Origin: Tubiluchus corallicola
Taxonomy: Eukaryota > Animalia > Priapulida
DNA: 31,127 nt
Reading direction: 5' to 3'
Assembly: GCA_030141605.1 (NCBI GenBank)
Contig: JAQGDQ010000415.1
Location: 173,641 to 204,767, forward strand
The notes below the pieces were generated by a model. That model saw only the letters and a list, made by a program, of their open reading frames with translations, made no database searches and was not told the origin of the DNA. The position numbers were made by a program, and so were the translations under genes. Positions 22,180 to 31,127 of this stretch are shown one piece after another. How positions within the stretch are numbered: position 1 is the first letter of the stretch; the number at the start of each line of letters is the position of its first letter.

Positions 22180-22855
22180 ATTAAAAGCTAATTTGTCACA
22201 GCAATTACTTATGGCTGTGACGAATGTCCATTGTGAACTCACACTACTGAGATTTATGGTACAAAAATAAATCACGTGCAGATAATTATAGAAAAACTTT
22301 ACTAATGTAAGGCCGATTTGAACTGATTTTTAATGCTTGTCTTCATATATGCACAATATATCCAAATACATTCGTCTAGAACTGGCAAGAAATTAAAAAA
22401 TTCTCGTCAATGCAGCATTAATGACCATATTTGCGCTTCTGGTCACAAAACTGATTTTAATCATTTCACCATTTTGACAAGAGCTACAAATAACTGGGAT
22501 ATTTAATAAAAAAGTTTATCTATGTACCCTAATAAGCCTTCTCTTAATGTACAAAGCAGTTCAATTCCTTTAACTTTATTTTCAGACACTTAGCTATCTG
22601 TTACTGTATTAATTTCTTTTCTACTGGTCTGTTTATTCATTACTTTGGCTTCTTTATAAAAACATAATTAGTGCATAATTTTCTATACTGTAGGCTCTGC
22701 CTGTATAAACTGGATGTTGTTTATCTAGTGTATCGCTGATGACGACAGCTGATTGCTGTAGAAACGTTTGGACATTTTGGAATGTTTTTAAACAGTTGCA
22801 AATTAAAGTTTTTAATAAAGATGTGTTGTTTTAATAACAAATACTTTGAAATGCC
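22180..22855 (+). mobile_element. Penelope-like retroelement 3' remnant (decayed GIY-YIG endonuclease C-terminus plus 3' repeat), copy 1
   Basis: Translates to SRTGKKLKNSRQCSINDHICASGHKTDFNHFTILTRATNNWDI**..KPSLNVQSSSIPLTLFS, the typical PLE C-terminal pattern, with stops. Followed by a hammerhead motif; homologous to 28241-28661. The left boundary is approximate. Confidence 0.8.
22733..22771 (+). ncRNA. Minimal type-I hammerhead ribozyme motif in the Penelope-like 3' repeat
   Basis: CTGATGA (22736-42), stem II ACAGC/GCTGT with TGATT loop, GAAA (22761-64), palindromic AAACGTTT giving a GUU site, short stem I (TCG/TGG; CCA/TGG in copy 2). The base-of-stem-II pair is mismatched. Confidence 0.6.
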
Positions 22856-22949
22856 TTAGATTTATAAATTTAGATATTAATAACATCATTTTAATAGTGA
22901 ATATGTCAATGTTTCATCCAAAAAGCCGATTTGGATGAAACATAATATA

Positions 22950-22986
<37 letters not shown>

Positions 22987-23038
22987 GTTGTTGTTGTTGT
23001 TATTATTATTATTATTATTATTGTTGTTGTTGTTGTTG

Positions 23039-23082
<44 letters not shown>
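22950..23082. repeat. (TAT)n/(TGT)n microsatellite preceded by a 12-bp stem-loop
   Basis: Direct reading; hairpin at 22911-22941. Confidence 0.95.
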
Positions 23083-23099
23083 TAGATTTCCAAATTCAG

Positions 23100-23680
23100 A
23101 TATTTTGTAAGTTTATGTGTGTGAGAATTTTTTTCTAAACCCAACGACCTGTGTATTGTTGTTGTTGTCCAGTTAATTAACGACAGTTTGACAAATGTTC
23201 CAGTTGCCCTTATCCGACTTATCATTTGTTTCTCGCTGACAGAAACCCCTTGATTATGTTTTGATGAAGTGCCGGTTAAGTGTATCAGAAATTGTTTGAC
23301 ACGAGGGAATACACAGTCTAACAAGGAGATCAGCCTTGAGTTGCTGGTTCCTGTCAACTCTTTGATGTGTGCGATATGTCATTTTCGAGCCAGACATGGA
23401 CTCAAGCAGAACATTCACATGTCGCTACATCGTCCTCCCGATAGAACTGTTTGTCATGCAAATGTGAACGTGGAGTGTGTGGCCCACGAGGAACACACAT
23501 TGCGTCATGGCATCTTGTTGCCCTTGGTGTTTGTCACGTCCGATCTTCCTCTTGACAACTTAACATTGTTGCCAGACCAAATGAGCCTTGTTGGCGTTCT
23601 GTCCAAGCTGCTGGATGACCTCAGGCTGTCACCGAAATCACACTTTCTCTTCGAATTTCGTAATTTAAACGTACATAGCA
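23100..23680 (-). mobile_element. Possible heavily decayed Tc1-like transposase N-terminal fragment
   Basis: GC-richer island; minus-strand peptide GVSVSEKQMISRIRATG resembles the Tc1 second HTH (GVxVSxxTIxRRLxxxG); no TIRs found. Confidence 0.3.
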
Positions 23681-23902
23681 GCAATCATTGAATCTTTTAC
23701 CCACATCAGCAGGTAAAAAGCTTGAACGATGTTTTTATAGCTGTACGTTAATTCGGACTAAGATTAATGTGACAATGATGGTCGTTATTACACGTAAACG
23801 CGAAACCTAATGAGCAAACTAACTAATTATAATGACATTAGTCAAATTAGGGTCGCTTAAAATTTCCTAGTATTACGTAGCTACTAACAATTTATTACTG
23901 CG

Positions 23903-23975
23903 TTAAAGGACAAGGAAAGGGGCACCTGAAGTACGTTTCAGTAAAATCGCCTTAAAAAATTATAAATGTATATCA
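23903..23975 (+). mobile_element. Same repeat family, left-end fragment (copy 3)
   Basis: TTAAAGGACAAGGAAAGGGGCACCTGAAGTACGTTTCAGTAAAATCGCCTTAAAAAATTATA matches the starts of copies 1 and 2. Confidence 0.7.
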
Positions 23976-24128
23976 TTTGTTAACAATTTACCTTCCATAC
24001 AATTACAATTACAAGTTACAAAACATTACATAAACAATGCAGTACATAACTATGTAGAAAAACTTCACATACAAAACTTCACACAAGGAGTATAATCGTC
24101 AACGCAATACACAGTACACACAAAACGC

Positions 24129-24285
24129 AATAATGATAATGATAATGATAATGATAAGGATAAGGATAATGATAATGATAATGATAATGATAATGATAAT
24201 GATAATGATAATGATAATGATAATGATAATGATAATGATAATGATAATGATAATGATAATGATAATGATAATGATAATGATAATG

Positions 24286-24317
<32 letters not shown>
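24129..24317. repeat. (ATAATG)n hexanucleotide microsatellite
   Basis: About 30 near-perfect units. Confidence 0.97.
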
Positions 24318-24318
<1 letters not shown>

Positions 24319-24646
24319 GGAAATGGTATTAACAATAGCCCTTACATAGTTTTCAATTGGATATATTATTTTCAATGAGCGTTTTTTAACTGTTTCGAAG
24401 TATAAATTTAGTCAACATTAATGATACGAGTTCTCCGTTTGTTAGCAGAAATGAATGGTCAACGTCATATTTCTTGATTTTAAGTTTCTAATTACGTCAG
24501 CATTAACATCCAGTGCGTCATCCATTTGTCAACCAATGGCATGGTTGGACCATTAGGAAAACCACGTAGGTCTAAATGTTTAAAGGCAAATAAAGGTGTT
24601 TGGGTGATTAAAATTGGATACTGTGAAGACAAAATTTAATGATGTT

Positions 24647-25014
24647 TCGACATGTTTATTGAGCGATGGTCGTTTCGGCAGTTGAAGCCATTATCAAACT
24701 ATAAATGAAGCCAAAAGAAGAATAAAAATACATTAATGATACAAAGGCACAAACTGAAACTACAAACAACAACAGCTAAAAACTTGTTGCTTCAGTTTAT
24801 GCCTTTGTATCATTAATGTATTTTCTACATTTCTCTACAACTTCTTCCATTACAACCTCGTTTATTTTGATAAGTTAAATTCTAGTCTGTTGTTTTGTAG
24901 TTTCAGTTTGTGCCTTTGTGTCATTAATGTATTTCTATTCTTCATCTTGGCTTCATTTATAGTTTGATAATGGTTTCAGTAACCGAAACGATCGCCTCTC
25001 AATAAACACGTTGA
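24647..25014. repeat. Long imperfect inverted repeat (~128-bp arms), probably paired Penelope-like terminal repeats
   Basis: 24647-24775 is the reverse complement of 24887-25014 with scattered mismatches. A third partial copy lies in the spacer (~24785-24825). Each arm carries a degenerate hammerhead core. Confidence 0.85.
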
Positions 25015-25516
25015 TTCCTAGCAACTGGTTCTTTCGTGTAGTTAATAATGCTTCTTTAAGTACTGAATTTTTTAGCTCATAGTAGAGAAGGCTGCCACAT
25101 TACTTCACTATGTATTGAAAATATAATGTATGTTTAGTATTGGTTAAATCGATTTTAATAGTTATTTATCTCACATAAAGTGAGCATCTTCAATTTTATA
25201 CTTTTATGTAAATATGTCTTTATGCGAACTAGAATTCTGTCACAACATCGTTAGAGTAACTAATACATGCATAATTGATTTTGCACGTGTTTGTCATAAG
25301 TAACTGTTAAAAACGTCGAACTTGTTGTTGTAAACAAATGTGGTTCAGATTTCTTATGAACATTAAGAAAAGACCGGACAATTGTTTAGACTCAATCTCA
25401 TTTTAATTTACTGTTCAACATATAATTTTCTTGCCTATAAAAGTTAAGAATTGTTCCTTATATTTGAATAATTAGCTTGGAAAGTTAGTTAACGGCAACC
25501 GAACACAGCTATTGCT

Positions 25517-25781
25517 TACGTCAGAAACTAACCACAGTTTGTGCAATGGTAGGCATCTTTCCTTGCGCGTCAAGCACGTTCGCGTAAGTGTTTCTGCTTA
25601 AACGCGTGATGTCACGAAAAATGGGCTCTACATCATATGACGTCAGAGACTAACCACACTTTTGTGCAATGGTAGGCATCTTTCCTTGCGCGTCAAGCAC
25701 GTTTGCGTAAGTGTTACAGTACTGTTTAAACGCATGATGTCACGAAAAATGGGCTCTACATCATATACGTCAGAAACTAAC
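25517..25781. repeat. Tandem duplication, ~2.1 copies of a ~125-bp CpG-rich unit
   Basis: ACGTCAGARACTAAC begins at about 25518, 25640 and 25767; the first two units are nearly identical. Confidence 0.92.
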
Positions 25782-26411
25782 ACGGCAGCTCATGATCATG
25801 ATTATCACGGTACCGCCTTCTATTTGCCGGCAAAGCGAATGTGACAAAAAGGCGCCACTGCCAATCTCAGTAGATTCACTGAGCCGCGCGTAGCTTTGAA
25901 AGTCTAGCGAAATTTCAGTATCCGAGGTAATTATTATTTTACCTAAGCTTTGAATTGAAAAAAGCTATTATAGTTTTCAATATTTTAAAACATACTTTAT
26001 TCTGAACTAATGTTTAGACAATCATCCGGTTTTCCTTTAACAACAACGTCCCAACATAACCTAATAGCCATTGGAGATTTTGCAAGAATTATTGACCCCC
26101 TCCCGTGCTACCGACGGCCAGACGTTCCTCAATCCTTCAGTGTCACTGCCCCGCATTGTCAAACAGTTTATCTGATTAGATCAAAAATACTGTTTCGTTT
26201 CATTCTTTTGCACTTCTGACAAGTTAGCTGAAATCTCGCTGCACGCAATCCCCATGAGAAAGTTGAGTTCAATGAAACCGTCTTGCAGACTTGTTTGCAA
26301 CACCCTAGACAAACAGAAAACGAAAGTTTCTTCAAATCTGTGCCAGGTTATATGTGATATCGTAAGAAGGGAAAAAATTGTACATATTAATTTCGGTAGT
26401 ATAGGACGTTT

Positions 26412-26452
26412 TATATATATATACATATACACACATATATATATATACATAT

Positions 26453-26510
<58 letters not shown>
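26412..26510. repeat. (TA)n/(CA)n microsatellite
   Basis: Direct reading. Confidence 0.95.
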
Positions 26511-26513
<3 letters not shown>

Positions 26514-26689
26514 TGTATTTAATTGGGTGATTGGATGATTAGGCTTACGTGGTTTTGCTAGTGATCCAGTCAATGCTAGATCACACATTGCAAATTAATG
26601 CTTACGAAATTACAAAGTTAAAATTAAAAAATATGACGTTAGTCTTTCATTTGTGGTAAGAAACGGAGAACCCCCATCATTAATGTTGA

Positions 26690-26950
26690 CTATATATATA
26701 AGATTCGAGGCTACAGCTCCGATGACGGCACTATTTTTGGCGATTCTATATATCGAACGAAAGGTCTCGATCTAGTGACATCTCACAGATGGTTTATTTT
26801 TCTAATCGGGCCCATTGGGAGGAACGGGGCTGAAAAACCTCCAAAAATGGCCATCTTTGGCCGGTTTTTTTTGCAAAATCTATGCCTCTTATCTCTAGAG
26901 ATCTTATTTCTAGAGAATGAGCTGTGGGGAGGGGGAGGGGGTGCCGGTAA
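26690..26950 (+). mobile_element. Short interspersed repeat, Helitron-like, copy 2
   Basis: CTATATATATAAGATTCGAGGCTACAGCTC... colinear with 19810-20042 (shared CGAAAGGTCT, AATCGGGCCCA, CTCCAAAAATGGCC, TTTTTGCAAAA). Confidence 0.55.
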
Positions 26951-27374
26951 TGGTTGAATAGCCCGTTCAAAGGTGGGTGTAGTTGGCATATTTATATTTC
27001 TCGGGTAGACCACGGTTTTCCATGGACGTTTTCCCAGACCCAACTCCCGATTTTTTCGAATTTTTGGCCAAACAGCTTGAAGGAAAATCGTGCTAACGGC
27101 GCCCGGTTGGACTCTCGGAAGGAGATACACAGCTCTTTTGAAAGAGGAGGAACAGGGCCACACGATGATGTGAGCTATATTATTCATTAGTGCTACATTC
27201 TATGTAATCTAAGCTCGTCGCCATGGCTATAAAAACCACATCAGAATACTAACTATACGCCATAATTGCTCTGTACACCATATACTATACCATAATTACC
27301 GTATATACCAAATTTTTACTGCATAACAGTTTTGTCTCTACGTGGATTTACTGTGATATTGTTACAAATAAAAA

Positions 27375-28010
27375 CGTGTAAGACGCTAACTCAGAAAAAT
27401 GTTAAAAATAAAATAGCCATATGTTATTTCAAATGAACAGTTGTATAACAGAACCAAAGAAGAACTTTGGAGCACTAAAATCAGAATCAGAAGACTAAGA
27501 TGGTTAGGACATTTAATGAGATTGCCAGAAACAACGGCAGTAAGATTAGCATTAAACATTGGAGCGTCAGAATCAGAAGATTAAGATGGGTAGGACATTT
27601 AATGACATTGCCAGAAACAACACCAGTAAGATTAGCATTAAACGAGGCACTGAAACCTGCTAAACGACCTACAGGCAACTTGGATATCAAGAATTAATAA
27701 AGATTTACAACAGTTGAGAGCAAATTTAACAATATCATCGCAGGAGTTGAAAATTTTTACTGCAGATCGGAAACAGGAGAATATTCTAATAAAAAATGGT
27801 GTCTCCAAGTCAACAATAGATGTTTAGATCAACAGAAGAAGTTACATTTTGATAACAATGGTAGATATGCAAATATAACAATAACATCACAATAGCATCA
27901 CAGGAATTGGAAATTTTAGCTACAGACAGGAAACAGTGTGGTGTTCTAATGAAGGGTAGAGGCTCAATGTCTACAATAGATGTTTAGAGCAATCAGCAGA
28001 AAGTTTATGA
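27375..28010 (+). mobile_element. Non-LTR retrotransposon (RTE-like LINE) 3' fragment with internal tandem duplications
   Basis: Peptides RKMLKIK*PYVISNEQLYNRTKEELWS and IRRLRWVGHLMTLPETTPVRLALNEALKPAKRPTG, later ADRKQ, match the post-RT C-terminal motifs of RTE-type LINEs; frameshifted. Confidence 0.85.
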
Positions 28011-28240
28011 AGTCCTGACCTCCTTGCAGTAGGCGAAACTACGTGTTTTACACAATATTGCAATTAGGAGAGTTTTGTAGTGTCACTGTCAATAAAAGAT
28101 TTATTGAGCAACAACACACGACATTTTTACAAAAGCTTATATATACGAAATATAATTTGTATTTTTTGTAGTTTTTAAGGGAGTGAATATAAGAAAACGG
28201 CCCAGATAATCATCTACAACGTAACTATATAATTGCACTA

Positions 28241-28661
28241 TAAGAGCTACAAATAACTAGGACATATTAATAAAAAGAATGTTTACCTATATACCTTAAA
28301 CCTTCTCTAAATGCACAAGGCAGTTCAATTCATTTAACTTTATTTTCAAATACTTTGCTATTTGTAACTGCATCGATTTCTTTTCTTCATTTCTGCTTAT
28401 TCATTACCTATTTGGCTTTTGTAAATACATAATTAGTGCTTAAATTACTGTATCAATTTCTCTACTGGTCTGTTTATTCATTACATACTTGGCTTCTGTT
28501 AACTACTTAATTAATGCATAATAGGCTCTGCTATATAAACTGGTTGTACGTTAGTAGATTTACCACTGATAATAACAAAAATGTTTGGCATGATTTTAAC
28601 TTTTTAATGTAAACTTTTTAATAAAGTTGCGTTGTTTTTAACTATAAATGTTTAAAGTGCC
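28241..28661 (+). mobile_element. Penelope-like 3' remnant, copy 2 (more 5'-truncated)
   Basis: Colinear with 22478-22855; LKPSLNAQGSSIHLTLFS; internal ~70-bp duplication; hammerhead collapsed (CCACTGATAATAACAAAAATGTTTGG, 28563-28588). Confidence 0.8.
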
Positions 28662-30500
28662 CGTAATAAAAATTAAAATATATAAATATTTTCTCACAGT
28701 GAAAATCCAGTTCACAATATACGAGCACAACGTGCAAAAGTCGAATAGGAAAAGCTATAACCGATTCCTATCTGTCCAAAATGCTGATGATTGATTGATG
28801 CGGATCAAAAATTGATCCCATTCATACCTGGATAACAGTATTCAGGGATACGTGACGTCTCTATACCTGTCAGTATATTTCGAAAATGACAAAAGAAAAT
28901 ATTTTTACAAGTTGCTAGGCGTCAGAACATATCTACATCATGCACTATTAACTTCCAGACGACAGTAAAACTGGTCCCATTGAATAGAACCAGCCGTTGT
29001 TCGTTTTTTTCCATTATTTATTCTTCTCGAGACTCAGCGGTATTATCACTTTTAAAATTACTGCTCAGTGCAAAGAACTGCCGACTACGGCAGCTTTCAA
29101 CGAAAATTTAGTATATGAGGTAGGCACCAGACAGGTTCAGGGCAAATCTTTAAGATGTCGTCTTAATTGTTAGACGTTGTGCTTCGGATTTTGGTTTGAA
29201 TTGGGAACGCGTACAGTGATAAGCCACTCCAGATCGGCTCAAGTTTTTGCCAAAACTGCCACTCTGAAATATTAAATGAAAAATATTATAGGACTTCTAG
29301 AGCACGTATAAAAACGTGATTATGAGAAGTAGAATATGCCTTTCTATCTACCAATGAGGATAGAACACAAAGTGTGTCAACAAAACGTGTCCTAATCATA
29401 TGAGAATAACAACTTATCTAGCAAAATATTACATATATTTTCTATAATCATGTACATCCATAAAGATAATACAATACATACAATTTTGAATTAGTTAGTT
29501 AGTAAATATAAAAGCATCTCATTAAGTTCATTTCGAGTGAAACATTCCATAATTAATTTACGTTGATAAGACCAGTAGATTTCATAACTTACTTCTACGG
29601 TATAATTTAAATGTATATACGCATTACACACAAATCTTCGGCTGTCAAATGCTGCATGTGTAGCAATAGAAAATTAGCTATAAAAACTTACATTATAGCA
29701 CATTTACCCATTGTTAGAAGTAAATTTACAGTCAATAGATATATTAGATAATGCTATACAATAAAGAAATTCCTCTTCTAAATATTCTTAACCTTGTAAG
29801 GATGTCATAAATAATATTTCTGTCAACTTTTCAAGGTACAGTACGTTGTTACACTCATGTAGCTTTTCACCATAATTGCTCTGAATTCGAATTATTTACT
29901 TTGAAATGTCTTTCTGCCGACATTTGCCATAAACAGCTTTCAAGGTACATAAATAAGGAACATCCATATTGCTACTTAAGGTACAAACTAAAACGGTAAT
30001 TCAAAAATGAATGACGGAGACTTTATTCCTTCGCATTTTTGCCATTATTTCTCTTGACCCCCCATTTTCACCATTATCATCAGTTCAAGTAGTGTCAGCT
30101 GGCGGATGAAAATGGGAATATGAAAAGTAAACTTCGTTCTTATTGGTGTTGAATGACAGTCATTTTTTTCCTTTTCCCTCAGTTTTAGTAATTTCATGTT
30201 TGCTATTTTTGCTACTCAACTATTTTTGCATTCAAGCAGCTATGCCTTAATCACTGACCGTTAAATGTTACGACCCGACTCGAATAATGACTTCCAAATT
30301 CGTAGTTAAGACAAAATCTACTCAAACATTACAATGCTTAACGATTAATCAATCGTTTGGCTTCCACAATCATCTCATATTGCTAACACTGTGTTGAGAA
30401 GAACTGAAAATCCCAATATTGGAAGCCCTCATATCTGCCTCTATAAAGTAATAATGTTAATTTCTTTTCAAAAATAACAAACTTCTCTTTTTGGAACTCA

Positions 30501-31014
<514 letters not shown>

Positions 31015-31127
31015 GGTGATTACGATCTTCTCAATAAGCTTTTCATATTGACCTCTTTGAAAATAATTTCTTGCTTGTAGTAAAATAAGAATTTTATGCA
31101 GATACTATTCGCTCATGTTGAACTGTC

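Overview
AT-rich, intron- and repeat-rich animal genomic DNA, most likely an invertebrate; it is not prokaryotic, and almost all ORFs in the supplied track are spurious or partial exon read-throughs. The main feature is a minus-strand gene that I spliced by hand from 14 coding exons (18614 down to 765; 2440 nt, about 813 codons, every junction in frame). It encodes a signal peptide followed by five tandem, divergent C-type lectin-like domains (CTLDs). The last exon ends at a phase-1 donor, so the 3' end is unresolved and may lie left of the window. The domains lack canonical EPN/QPD/WND motifs, CTLD4 and CTLD5 have lost the inner disulfide pair, and one intron appears to be GC-AG. The introns and the 12 kb upstream contain decayed mobile elements: two hAT derivatives with 8-bp TSDs, a pogo/Tigger-like element, putative solo LTRs, a TTAA-flanked repeat family, Helitron-like copies, a tRNA-derived SINE, a LINE 3' end, and Penelope-like remnants with minimal hammerhead ribozyme motifs. 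Many micro- and minisatellites are also present. All family assignments come from motif recognition, not database searches.
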